Assembly: GCA_964503955.1 (NCBI GenBank)
Contig: CAZDCG010000002.1
Location: 205,047 to 269,046, forward strand
Length of the DNA: 64,000 nucleotides
Direction: 5' to 3'
Source of the DNA: an uncultured Gammaproteobacteria bacterium
GTDB lineage: Bacteria; Patescibacteriota; Patescibacteriia; VMEV01; CAYQCH01
The first letter of the stretch is position 1. Every line of letters begins with the position of its first letter. Below are positions 1 to 8,812 of the stretch, in pieces. The position numbers and the translations under genes are program-made. The notes under the pieces are model-generated. The model did not search any database. It saw nothing but the letters and a program-made list of their open reading frames with translations, and had not been told where the DNA came from.

Positions 1-2
1 AT

Positions 3-245
3 GTCTACGACAAGGACCCGAACGCCTTTTCAGACGCCAAACCGCTTTCAGACGTATCCTGGAGCGATTTTGAGGCCCTTGTGGGCTCAGAATGGCACCC
101 GGGCATGAATGCGCCGTTTGACCCGATCGCGACCAAACTCGCCAAAGAGCTTGGCCTAGAGGTTCTCATCATGAAAGGCACCAATCTCCCAAACCTCCGC
201 CGCTACCTTGAAACAGGGGAGTTTGAGGGGACGAGGATAAAATAG
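3..245 (+). CDS. pyrH: UMP kinase, archaeal-type, C-terminal fragment (5' truncated by window)
   Basis: Manual translation VYDKDPNAFSDAK...WHPGMNAPFDPIATKLAKELGLEVLIMKG...FEGTRIK*; the VYDKDP and PFDPIA motifs match the archaeal/CPR UMP kinase C-terminus. Confidence 0.85.
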   Translation, partial: VYDKDPNAFSDAKPLSDVSWSDFEALVGSEWHPGMNAPFDPIATKLAKELGLEVLIMKGTNLPNLRRYLETGEFEGTRIK

Positions 246-254
246 CTGCATTCT

Positions 255-1949
255 ATGGCTGCCACCAAAAAGAAAGACGAATCTATTGAGCTTGTTGGGG
301 CTAAACTAAAGTCTCTTAAGATTCAAAATTTTAGGTGTATCGGGGATAAGGCCGTCGAGATCGAACTTGATGATATCGTTGTACTTGTCGGGCCAAATAA
401 TGTTGGCAAAAGTTCAATCTTACGAGCATATGAACTGATAATGAAGCAAGGTTCAACTGCCGGAAACCTCACGAAAGATGATTTCCCAAATTCTGAGATC
501 AATCCTAGTGCCTTACCTACCATTGAATTAGTCACAGCTGTTTCACATGAAAGTAAGCCGGGAGAAGATTGGATAGAAACTACTGATGATGGTGAATTAA
601 TTGTCCGTGAACGATTCTCTTGGACAGATGTGGGCAAAGCAAAGCGCCAGGGGTGGAATGTTAAAGAGAATAACTGGTCTGAAAAAGTACCCTGGGGCGC
701 AAGCAATTATGCTAATTCTAATCGTCCAGAACCGCACAGGGTGAGCCCGTTCGACTCTCCGGAGAAACAGTCTGATGAGATAAATGCTATTTTGGTTTCG
801 ATACTCGAGAGCAAAGACTCTTTTAGGCAAGACCTATTACCCGAGGTTAAAAAACTCCGAATGAAGATCATCGAGGAATCAAAGCAGGAAGTTGAGGCTA
901 TCGAACAATCTTTAGCAAGTTCGATTGGCGCAATATTCCCTGGTTATGAAGTTAAGTTCGATGCAAATCCTGAGGGGGGGTTAGAAAAAGCACTTAGACT
1001 CTGGGAGGGCAACACAACATTAAAGATGGGGCCAAGTGGTCAATATTGTTCGACTATTGATAAGCAGGGAAGTGGTGCGAGAAGGACTCTTCTGTGGAAC
1101 GCCTTAAAAATCATTTCAGAACATAAGAGCAAGGAAGGAAGGCCTCATGTTTTGCTGCTTGATGAACCAGAGATTTGCTTGCATCCGAATGCAATTAGAG
1201 AAGCTTGTCGGGTTTTATATGAGCTGCCAGGTGCAGGCAATTGGCAAGTACTTGTCACGACCCATTCTCCAGCATTTATTGATTTGTCTCGTGATCACAC
1301 TAGTATTGTGCGTGTTGATAGAAGTCCGGCGGGCGTGGTAACTGGAACCACGATTTTTCGACCAGATTCTGTAAACTTTGATGCTGATGACAAAGAAAAC
1401 ATGAAGCTTCTCAATTTATTTGACCCCTATGTAGCTGAATTTTTCTTTGGTGGAAGAACCGTTATTGTAGAAGGGGATACTGAATACACTGCTTTCAACT
1501 ATATCCGTTCATTGTATCCAGAAGAGTTTTCTGACTTGCAAATAGTCCGTGCCAGGGGGAAATCAACGATAGTTTCTCTGGCAAAAATCCTCAATCACTT
1601 TGGCACAGGATATGCGATCTTGCATGACGCGGACAACAAAACAGTGCAAAGAGGTGAGGTTGAAATTACAAGTCCTGCGTGGACTGTTAATGAACGCATA
1701 TCGGAAGTGGTCGGTGAAGCAAAAGAATCTGTTCGACTGGTCGCTTCAGTTCACAATTTTGAAGAAGCGTTTCTGGGGGTAACCGTTAAAAAAGAAAAAC
1801 CTTATACAACATTCATAAATCTCAAAGAAGACAGGGATTTTCAGGAAAAAATCTACAAATTACTACGATACCTAGCTGGGAAATCAGAGGAACTTCCCGA
1901 GGGCGCGTTAGCTTGGAAGAACATCAGTGACTTGGGGGGCCGCTGTTAA
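255..1949 (+). CDS. OLD-family ATP-dependent nuclease (ABC ATPase + TOPRIM)
   Basis: IQNFR start, Walker A GPNNVGKS, signature QGSGARR, Walker B LLLDEPE, H-loop TTHSP, TOPRIM IVEGDTE and HDAD. Confidence 0.88.
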   Translation: MAATKKKDESIELVGAKLKSLKIQNFRCIGDKAVEIELDDIVVLVGPNNVGKSSILRAYELIMKQGSTAGNLTKDDFPNSEINPSALPTIELVTAVSHESKPGEDWIETTDDGELIVRERFSWTDVGKAKRQGWNVKENNWSEKVPWGASNYANSNRPEPHRVSPFDSPEKQSDEINAILVSILESKDSFRQDLLPEVKKLRMKIIEESKQEVEAIEQSLASSIGAIFPGYEVKFDANPEGGLEKALRLWEGNTTLKMGPSGQYCSTIDKQGSGARRTLLWNALKIISEHKSKEGRPHVLLLDEPEICLHPNAIREACRVLYELPGAGNWQVLVTTHSPAFIDLSRDHTSIVRVDRSPAGVVTGTTIFRPDSVNFDADDKENMKLLNLFDPYVAEFFFGGRTVIVEGDTEYTAFNYIRSLYPEEFSDLQIVRARGKSTIVSLAKILNHFGTGYAILHDADNKTVQRGEVEITSPAWTVNERISEVVGEAKESVRLVASVHNFEEAFLGVTVKKEKPYTTFINLKEDRDFQEKIYKLLRYLAGKSEELPEGALAWKNISDLGGRC

Positions 1950-1958
1950 GTGCCCCCT

Positions 1959-1987
1959 TTGACAAACTCCCTTATTTATCCTACTAT
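1959..1987 (+). promoter_or_regulatory. sigma70 promoter of rplJ-rplL
   Basis: TTGACA(1959-64)-17 bp-TACTAT(1982-87) just upstream of the L10 leader. Confidence 0.75.
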
Positions 1988-1993
1988 TCTCAT

Positions 1994-2125
1994 ACCGTAG
2001 ACAGCGGGCAGTCCGAAAGGGCAGAGGCCCCGCCGAGGGAAAAAGCTGAGGAGCTTTCTTTTGTTCTAACCAATAGGCCAGAAGATAGCTCCTCAAAGGT
2101 CGATTTCCAAGATCGTTCTACGGCA
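1994..2125 (+). ncRNA. Ribosomal protein L10 leader (autoregulatory element)
   Basis: ACCGTAGACAGCGGG...CCCGCCGAGG matches the L10-leader consensus; CCGTAGA closes with TCTACGG (~2117-2123); lies upstream of rplJ. Confidence 0.75.
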
Positions 2126-2271
2126 TAAAAGCCGTTTTTTGTTTGCCTTCCATCTTTAGCGCACTTCTTCGTTGCTTTCTCCGGTGCTCGACGGCGTACA
2201 GACGTACGCCTTACTCCGCTCCTTGAAAGCGCCTCGAATTGCATCTAAATCTGGAAGGCACATAAGTTACT

Positions 2272-2817
2272 ATGGCAAAAAGTAGACTACAAAAAGAAGA
2301 AGCCGTAAAACAGCTCACCGACCAGTTTTCTCAGGCAAAATCAGCGGTCTTTGTCAGCTTCGCTGGCCTCAAGGTCTCCGATATCAGCAATTTCCGTACT
2401 GAATGCCGAAAAAACGACCTCTCTTATGCTGTGGCGAAGAAAACTCTCATCAACATTGCGCTGAAAAATGCCAAGATTGAAGGAGTGGATCTCAGCCAGT
2501 TCGAGAGCGGAATCGGAACTGTTTTTGGTCTTCATGACGAAGTCGCTCCGGCTCAGATCGTTGATAAATTTGCTAAAGATCACCAGGCCATGACTATTCT
2601 TGGCGGCGTGATGACGGAAAACCCGGAAGGGCAGAAATTCCTTTCCGTGGACCAGGTCAAGGCTCTTGCGAAACTTCCTTCAAAAGAAGTTCTCCTCGGC
2701 CGTCTCGTTGGCAGCATCAATGCTCCGGTTTCCGGTTTCGTCAATGTTCTCGCTGGAAATATCCGTGGTTTGGTCAATGTACTAAGCCAGGTCAAAGACC
2801 AGCGTTCACAATCATAA
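2272..2817 (+). CDS. rplJ: 50S ribosomal protein L10
   Basis: [33 protein letters not shown] motifs. Confidence 0.97.
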   Translation: MAKSRLQKEEAVKQLTDQFSQAKSAVFVSFAGLKVSDISNFRTECRKNDLSYAVAKKTLINIALKNAKIEGVDLSQFESGIGTVFGLHDEVAPAQIVDKFAKDHQAMTILGGVMTENPEGQKFLSVDQVKALAKLPSKEVLLGRLVGSINAPVSGFVNVLAGNIRGLVNVLSQVKDQRSQS

Positions 2818-2839
2818 TCACCCTATTAACCAAACAACT

Positions 2840-3256
2840 ATGTCAGAAGAAAAGAAAGACGTGGTGGTACCAGAAAAGTTCAAGGCTCTTGTTGAGCAGA
2901 TCGAACAGATGTCTGTTCTCGATCTTTCAGAACTGGTTTCACTTCTTGAAGATAAATTCGGTGTTTCAGCAGCAGGCGCTCCTGTCATGATGGCCGGCCC
3001 AATGATGGGCGGAGCCGGAGCAGGTGAAGCGGCAGCTGAAAAGACAGAATTCGCGGTAGAATTGACTGATGCTGGCGCGAACAAGATCGCTGTGATCAAG
3101 GCAATCCGCTCTGTGATGACTGAACTCAGCCTTAAAGATGCGAAAGACATCACTGATGGCGCTCCAAAGGTCATCAAGGAAGGCGTGAAGAAGGAAGACG
3201 CGGAAGCGATGAAGAAAGCCATCGAAGAAGCTGGAGGAAAAGTAACCCTCAAGTAA
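2840..3256 (+). CDS. rplL: 50S ribosomal protein L7/L12
   Basis: [31 protein letters not shown] motifs. Confidence 0.97.
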   Translation: MSEEKKDVVVPEKFKALVEQIEQMSVLDLSELVSLLEDKFGVSAAGAPVMMAGPMMGGAGAGEAAAEKTEFAVELTDAGANKIAVIKAIRSVMTELSLKDAKDITDGAPKVIKEGVKKEDAEAMKKAIEEAGGKVTLK

Positions 3257-3265
3257 ATCTTCCAA

Positions 3266-3295
3266 ACAAAAAGAGCCCTGCGGGACTCTTTTTGT
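3266..3295. terminator. Bidirectional intrinsic terminator
   Basis: ACAAAAAGAG-CCC-tgc-GGG-a-CTCTTTTTGT hairpin between convergent genes. Confidence 0.7.
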
Positions 3296-3300
3296 ATTGC

Positions 3301-5544
3301 TTATAATTCGATTCTATAGAGTTTATCAGCCGTAATCACGTAGGCGGCATTCTTCACCAGATCAACAGTCAGGTCCTCAAAAGGGGACGCGCCGTCGGAG
3401 ACATACTGCGCCATAAACGAGCCTGTTTTGTTAAAGACAAGCAGACGGTTTGGTTCAAGGATGTACAAGCGCTGCGTGTCTGCTGACGTAAACAGGCGCT
3501 GGGCATTTTCAAGCGGCGGATCAACCAGTGCCAGCTGAATACGCGGATTGGCGGCCCGCCCGCGCAGGAATTGCAGGACATTGTTTGGCGTAAGCACATA
3601 TACGCTGCCGTCAATGGCGATATCTCGCGCATTCGAAAGGTCGGCTTCTTCCGTCATCCAATTGCTGAACACAGAAAGGCTTGGAAGCTGATTCGAGCGC
3701 AGAATCTGGTTCAGTGAAGGCGCAACTGTGTATAAACGGTTATTGAAGAAAGCGGCTCCCACGAGATCAGCCTGGGTATTGGCTGTGGAGGTGATGGCTT
3801 CCTTGGCCGCGTAATCAACCTGGGTGACATTATTGCGCTGGATCAGCGCGTAGGTACCTTCAACAATGCGCACGGCGCTTGTCATGCCTTGCGCGTCTGA
3901 AGCAATATCGGTCTGCTGAGCAGAAAGGGTCTGAGGATTGATTCTGAGCGCGGACGTAGAAGACTGAGAGAGAATGGTCAGCGCGTCACCGTCAAGGAAA
4001 ATGGCTGCAGCGGGACCTTTGAGCTGCTCGGAAAGATTGTCGACAAGAAGAGATCCTTCTTGCAGGCGGATTTCCTTTCTCAACTTGCGCTGCTGCTCTT
4101 CAAGGCTTGCCATCAGCGTGGATCGTTCAGAGGCGAATTCCTCGATTTCAGGCAGGCTTGTCAAAGAGGCCAGGGTTGTCTGAAGCAATTCCGTGGCATC
4201 GGCTTCGCGGCCTACAATCAGATGGGCATCGATTCGGTTGATGCTATTCCGGATTTGAGCAAGGTTTACGGAGACCTGTTCTTTTTCTTCCTTGGTCTGC
4301 TTTACAGATGACCGCCAGATCGAAAGACCTGTAAATGAGCCCGCCAGCAGAATGATGACAAGGTAGGTAACAGGGGATTTAAGCAGGTTCGGAGTAATAA
4401 AACGTCGAATCGGTCGGATAATACGGTCAAAGATGGAGAGGAGCATCTTTTTCCATGTTGATGTGCGCGTCACAGCCTGGTTTGTGGAGAGCAGGTCCAT
4501 GGTGCTTGGGCGCTGAGATGATCCCGTCCCGCGCACAAGACGAAGAAGGATCAGGAAAGTGTGCTTGACCGCGGTCAGTACTTTCTTAGGCAACGATTGA
4601 TGTTCGTTCCACTTCTCTCCGGCATGTTTAGGTACCCGCTTATCTGGAAAGATATTTTTCAGTTTGTCAGCCGCGGGGCCAAGCAGCTGGGAGAAGTGAA
4701 AACCTGCGGAATTGCCAAGCAGCTTTTGCGTTTGCGCCTCCGTTGTATTGAGATTCTCCATTGATGTTTCGGCTCCAAGATCCAGGCGGCGTTGTACGTC
4801 CTCATTGCGGAGCGGGTAGGGGGAAAGGCGCAGGGAAATGCCTGCCACAAGGCGGTCCGGTCCCTGGAAATGGATCTGATTTTCAATATGCTTGCCGGCC
4901 GGAAGCACGGAAAGGGTAGAAAGAATTTGCTTGAGTTCTGTTAAGGAAATGTAATTGAGTAAATTAGGTGTACAGAAGAAAATCTGGTCGTTTTGCGGGA
5001 TAGAGCTGCTGATGATATTGCGGAAAAACTTCTGCGGAATGCCTTGGGTTTGCAGCTGGTCGGACGTATCAAAGATACTAATAAGTTTTTTGGTTTCAAG
5101 CTGGGCATTGTTGAGCAGCCAGCCTGTTACGTCGCCAAAGCGGCTGACATGAAATTGCATTCTGTTTGGAACCTGGTCAGGAGTCAGCATTCCGATAATC
5201 ATGGACCAGCTATGAACGGGCAGAGGGGCGGAAAAGTCTCGCAGAAAGGCGGTGATTTCCTGATTGATTTTTTGCAGGCATTGCTCAAAGAAATCGTCAG
5301 GAGCAACCGTAATGCGCTGGCCTTCAAAACGATCTTGTTGATACTTGATAATCTGCCTGCAGCGTTCGCCGACTTCGGCAATCACGGAAGGGTTGTCAGC
5401 CGGACCATTTTGAAAAATAAGCAATGAAAAAAATTTATACGGCTGGCCTGAAAAATGCAGGTCGAGCTGCCATGCGTCGCTGACCCCGTTTGTCCGGGGA
5501 TCCTTCTTGAAAAAATGTCCGAAGGGAAGCCGTAGATCGGTCAT
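3301..5544 (-). CDS. Membrane-anchored hypothetical protein: PP2C-like N-terminal domain, one TM helix, coiled coil, C-terminal beta-propeller-like domain
   Basis: Long ORF, likely start MTDLRL at 5544; PP2C-like strands FHVSRFGD and DQIFFCTPNL; TM VTYLVIILLAGSFTGLSIW; propeller-like DIAIDGSVYVL and RLYILEP repeats. Confidence 0.6.
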   Translation of the reverse strand: MTDLRLPFGHFFKKDPRTNGVSDAWQLDLHFSGQPYKFFSLLIFQNGPADNPSVIAEVGERCRQIIKYQQDRFEGQRITVAPDDFFEQCLQKINQEITAFLRDFSAPLPVHSWSMIIGMLTPDQVPNRMQFHVSRFGDVTGWLLNNAQLETKKLISIFDTSDQLQTQGIPQKFFRNIISSSIPQNDQIFFCTPNLLNYISLTELKQILSTLSVLPAGKHIENQIHFQGPDRLVAGISLRLSPYPLRNEDVQRRLDLGAETSMENLNTTEAQTQKLLGNSAGFHFSQLLGPAADKLKNIFPDKRVPKHAGEKWNEHQSLPKKVLTAVKHTFLILLRLVRGTGSSQRPSTMDLLSTNQAVTRTSTWKKMLLSIFDRIIRPIRRFITPNLLKSPVTYLVIILLAGSFTGLSIWRSSVKQTKEEKEQVSVNLAQIRNSINRIDAHLIVGREADATELLQTTLASLTSLPEIEEFASERSTLMASLEEQQRKLRKEIRLQEGSLLVDNLSEQLKGPAAAIFLDGDALTILSQSSTSALRINPQTLSAQQTDIASDAQGMTSAVRIVEGTYALIQRNNVTQVDYAAKEAITSTANTQADLVGAAFFNNRLYTVAPSLNQILRSNQLPSLSVFSNWMTEEADLSNARDIAIDGSVYVLTPNNVLQFLRGRAANPRIQLALVDPPLENAQRLFTSADTQRLYILEPNRLLVFNKTGSFMAQYVSDGASPFEDLTVDLVKNAAYVITADKLYRIEL

Positions 5545-5651
5545 AGGACAGTGAGTGGGGGCGGTTTCCTTTACAGATGATAGTAGAGTCATTATACTTG
5601 ATTCTCGAGACGTGATCAATCAATTGATTCACAAGAAAAAGGCTATTTTCT

Positions 5652-6272
5652 ATGCTTGTTCAACTATTTGGTTCAAAAACCCGCGTGGCATTGCTCAAGC
5701 TCTTTTTCGATAATGCGGAACGTCCATATTTTGTCCGTGAATTGACCCGCGAGCTGGATGCGCAAATCAATTCCGTGCGCAGGGAATTGGGCAATCTCGT
5801 GGAAATCGGGATTGTGGAGGTGGTGGAGGAAATGCCTGTTATGGCTCTGGAGGAGTGGGAAGAGGTACCAAAAGGTTTGAACAAACGTAAGTTCTACCGC
5901 TTGAATAAATTTTTTGTCCTGCACGACGAACTCTTTTCTCTCTTTTCAAAATCGCATCTTGTTGTTGAGAAGGATCTCATGGATCAGCTGGCCAAGGTCC
6001 GCAACCTTGAGCTGCTTGTTATGACCGGGGTTTTTACCGGCAATACCAATACGAAAACCGACGTTCTGATGGTCGGCAAAGTCGATCGCCAGGAGGTTTC
6101 ATCCTTGATCTCCACATTTGAACAAAAGCTTGAAAAGGAGATCAATTACACCATAATGCCGGTGAAGGAATTCGAATACCGTCGAGAAATCACGGACAGA
6201 TTCCTTTACGATATTCTGGTGAATCACAAAAAGCTGATTCTTGTTGACCGGCTGGGCGTGAGCGGCAAATAG
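5652..6272 (+). CDS. Winged-HTH protein with C-terminal degenerate nucleotidyltransferase-like domain
   Basis: LFGSKTRVALL...YFVRELTRELDAQINSVRRELGNL (ArsR-like wHTH); C-terminal TGVF...TDVLMVG...EINYTIM. Confidence 0.7.
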   Translation: MLVQLFGSKTRVALLKLFFDNAERPYFVRELTRELDAQINSVRRELGNLVEIGIVEVVEEMPVMALEEWEEVPKGLNKRKFYRLNKFFVLHDELFSLFSKSHLVVEKDLMDQLAKVRNLELLVMTGVFTGNTNTKTDVLMVGKVDRQEVSSLISTFEQKLEKEINYTIMPVKEFEYRREITDRFLYDILVNHKKLILVDRLGVSGK

Positions 6273-6273
6273 T

Positions 6274-6633
6274 ATGTATCTGCTTTTTGATGCAAATCAA
6301 GGGCGTTTTGCGAGATTCAACGATAGTGATACTGATTTGCAATGGGCCGTCGTTGAGCAAGAAGCTTCATTGGCCAGCTTGATCGCGCCTGATATCGACT
6401 CCGTTAAGGGCGTGGTTGTCTGGCAGGGGAAAGGCAGTTTTTCGCAATCCCGCGAAGCTGTTGTAGTGGCCAATATGCTGGCATTAACAAAAGGGGTGAA
6501 GCTGCTGAGTATGCAGGCGGATGAATTGCCACCGTTGAAAGCTCTCATCAACGAACTTGAGGCTTCAGATAAGACTGCTTTAGAGCCGGTCTACTATGCC
6601 GAGCCGAATATCAATTCAGGTGCTATGCAGTAG
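6274..6633 (+). CDS. Short TsaB-like protein (t6A tRNA modification)
   Basis: VVWQGKGSFSQSREAVVVANMLA resembles TsaB GPGSFTGLR..A; C-terminal LEPVY; only 119 aa. Confidence 0.6.
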   Translation: MYLLFDANQGRFARFNDSDTDLQWAVVEQEASLASLIAPDIDSVKGVVVWQGKGSFSQSREAVVVANMLALTKGVKLLSMQADELPPLKALINELEASDKTALEPVYYAEPNINSGAMQ

Positions 6634-6779
6634 GATGTAGGTGGTAGGCTTGCGGCAACCTCTGAACTCTGAATCCTGAATTCTGGCTCTGGATCTGAAC
6701 TTGGTTCAGATCCAGAATTCTGATCCAGATTTCAGAATTCAGATTTTTTCCAACAGCCTACAACCTACCTCCTACAGCC
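6630..6779. repeat. Nested short-period tandem repeats forming a long inverted repeat
   Basis: Outer GTAGG 7-mers versus CCTAC 7-mers; inner TCTGA/TCTGG versus TCAGA/CCAGA units; perfect core TCTGGATCTGAAC-ttg-GTTCAGATCCAGA. Confidence 0.8.
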
Positions 6780-6784
6780 TGGCT

Positions 6785-6890
6785 TTATCCACAATAATCC
6801 TCCGGAATAGGAGGATTTTTGTGTTGACAGGTGCCACTTGGTGGCATACAATGGGTGTAAAGTGGTTTGAGGTGGGGAATTATGGTGAAT
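6785..6890 (+). promoter_or_regulatory. dcw (mraZ) promoter with DnaA box and MraZ operator repeats
   Basis: TTATCCACA 6785-93; TTGACA 6824-29, 17 bp, TACAAT 6847-52; TGG-centred repeats at ~10-bp spacing (6852, 6863, 6873, 6883). Confidence 0.75.
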
Positions 6891-6961
6891 TCTATGGAGG
6901 AACCAACCAATCAATGCCCGCTACATCGGCTTCGGCCGTGGATAACCTCGGAATGTCCCGT

Positions 6962-7393
6962 ATGTTTATCGGAGAATACCAACATTCTGTCGACGAGAAG
7001 GGAAGAATGGCCCTTCCGGCACGATTCAGAAAAAAGCTCCAGCAAGGAGCCGTGGTCACCAAGGGACTAGACGAGTGTCTGGTTGTTTATCCGCGCAAAG
7101 AATGGGAAGAGCTCGCCAAACGGCTTTCTTCCTTGCCGATCAGTCAGTCAAATACGCGAGCGTTTTCACGCTTGATGCTTGCTGGCGCCATGGATGTAGA
7201 GCTTGATAAGCAGGGAAGAATGGTTGTTCCTGAATACCTCCGCCAATACGGCCACATTGAGAAAAAGGTTGTTGTCGCAGGTCTTTACAACCGAATCGAA
7301 CTCTGGAATGCCGAGAAATGGGAGGCTTACCGCACCAAAACCGAGGCTGCCAGCAATGAAATTGCCGAGCAGCTGAGTGAACTGGGGGTATAG
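6962..7393 (+). CDS. mraZ: Transcriptional regulator MraZ
   Basis: MFIGEYQHSVDEKGR...LDKQGR...RIELW; true start at 6962. Confidence 0.96.
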   Translation: MFIGEYQHSVDEKGRMALPARFRKKLQQGAVVTKGLDECLVVYPRKEWEELAKRLSSLPISQSNTRAFSRLMLAGAMDVELDKQGRMVVPEYLRQYGHIEKKVVVAGLYNRIELWNAEKWEAYRTKTEAASNEIAEQLSELGV

Positions 7394-7478
7394 GTTAACG
7401 AGTTCACGGGTTTGGAAAAACAAACTGACGTAAAACCCGTTAACACATTAACCCGTTAACACGTTAACAGAAGCTATG
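7392..7478. repeat. GTTAAC-based 8-nt-period repeat/hairpin
   Basis: GGTTAACGAGTTCACGGGTTT...AAACCCGTTAACACATTAACCCGTTAACACGTTAAC. Confidence 0.7.
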
Positions 7479-8411
7479 TCTGACTCCGTCCATCAACCCG
7501 TCATGCCAAATGAAGTCCTTGCATACCTCCAGCCAAAAGAGGGTGGTATGTATCTGGACGGAACAACGGGAGCGGGCGGTCATAGCAGGCTGATCCTTGA
7601 AACGGCAAATGGAAAGGCAACCTTGCTTGGCTTGGACCGGGACGCGGAAATTCTCGCCATTGCCAAAGAGAATCTCAAAGAATTTTCTGGAGTTACTTTG
7701 GTCCATGCTTCTTACGCTCAGGCACTTGAAGCAGCCAAAGAACAGGGATTTGAAGGTTTCGACGGTATTCTGCTCGATCTGGGCGCTTCTTCTTTGCAGT
7801 TTGACCGGCCTGAAAGAGGGTTTTCTTTTAAAGAAGATGGTCCGCTTGATATGCGTTTTGACGTCAGCGGCGGCTTGCAAACGGCTGCTGACATCGTGAA
7901 CACGTATCCGCAAAAAGAACTGGCTCGTATTTTTCGCGAATACGGCGAAGAGAAGCACGCGTCTCTTATCGCCAAGGCCATTGTCACGGACCGCAAAATC
8001 GCTCCTTTTCATTCCACCAGGCAGCTGGCTGATCTGATCAGCCGCATCATGCCGCGAAAGCATACGCTCAGGATTCATCCGGCCACGTGTGTCTTCCAGG
8101 CGCTGCGCATCGAAGTGAATCAGGAGCTTGAAACCATCAAATCCGCCTTGCCGGAGCTGATCGGACTTCTCAAGCAGGGTGGAAGGATCGTGGTGATCTC
8201 GTTTCATTCGCTTGAGGACCGCCTGGTCAAACAGGCATTCCGCGAAGCGGAAATCGACTGCGTCTGTCCTCCGGATTTCCCGGTTTGCAGATGCGACAAG
8301 CAATCGATGATCAAAGTGCTTACAAAAAAACCGGTGCTCCCAACAAAAAAAGAAATCAAAAACAACCTCCGTTCCCGCAGTGCCAAGCTGCGAGCCGCGG
8401 AGCGAAAATAA
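7476..8411 (+). CDS. rsmH: 16S rRNA m4C1402 methyltransferase RsmH
   Basis: HQPVM, DGTTGAGGHS, GPLDMR, FQALRIEVN, ISFHSLEDRLVK, RSRSAKLR. Confidence 0.97.
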   Translation: MSDSVHQPVMPNEVLAYLQPKEGGMYLDGTTGAGGHSRLILETANGKATLLGLDRDAEILAIAKENLKEFSGVTLVHASYAQALEAAKEQGFEGFDGILLDLGASSLQFDRPERGFSFKEDGPLDMRFDVSGGLQTAADIVNTYPQKELARIFREYGEEKHASLIAKAIVTDRKIAPFHSTRQLADLISRIMPRKHTLRIHPATCVFQALRIEVNQELETIKSALPELIGLLKQGGRIVVISFHSLEDRLVKQAFREAEIDCVCPPDFPVCRCDKQSMIKVLTKKPVLPTKKEIKNNLRSRSAKLRAAERK

Positions 8412-8416
8412 AATAT

Positions 8417-8755
8417 ATGATCAACGTACGCTCTCTTTCTTTGCCCGCATTTTCAAATATGGCCAATGCCCTTGTTCAGGGGAGAGCCGGTCGTATCGCA
8501 TTGCTCGCTTTGACACTCGCTCTTGGCCTATTGTATGTTCTTCAAATGAACCTCACGGCCACAAAAGGATATGATATCAGAGCTCTTGAGCAGCGCAGAG
8601 AAACGCTAGATAAGCGCGCGCGAGCCCTTCAGCTTGAAGCGATTGAGCTTCAGTCTGTGGAGCGCATTTTGGCGCAGTTGCCGGAACATAACCTTGTACA
8701 GTCAAAACCAGATGCCTTTTTAAGCACAGCTGCTTCCGCCTTTGCCGCGCGGTAA
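8417..8755 (+). CDS. FtsL-like cell division protein
   Basis: Single TM helix followed by coiled coil (ATKGYDIRALE); located between rsmH and the PBP gene. Confidence 0.65.
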   Translation: MINVRSLSLPAFSNMANALVQGRAGRIALLALTLALGLLYVLQMNLTATKGYDIRALEQRRETLDKRARALQLEAIELQSVERILAQLPEHNLVQSKPDAFLSTAASAFAAR

Positions 8756-8777
8756 ATCGCGTTCACAAGTTGGGAGC

Positions 8778-8806
8778 GAAGGCGGCTGGTTGCCGCCTTC
8801 TTTTTT
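8778..8806 (+). terminator. Intrinsic terminator-like hairpin between ftsL-like and ftsI-like genes
   Basis: GAAGGCGGC-tggtt-GCCGCCTTC followed by TTTTTT. Confidence 0.6.
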
Positions 8807-8812
8807 CACATT

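Noticed and set aside
255-1949. Gabija or retron-associated OLD system
   Set aside because: No UvrD helicase or reverse transcriptase adjacent; the flanks are pyrH and rplJ.
6785-6945. Replication origin
   Set aside because: Only two DnaA boxes, no dnaA/dnaN and no evident unwinding element.
6701-6961. N-terminal extension of MraZ in the ORF track
   Set aside because: It runs through repeats and the promoter; family similarity begins at MFIGEY (6962).
6630-7478. CRISPR array in the repeat-rich spacers
   Set aside because: Units are 6-9 nt, degenerate and lack unique spacers; no cas genes in the window.
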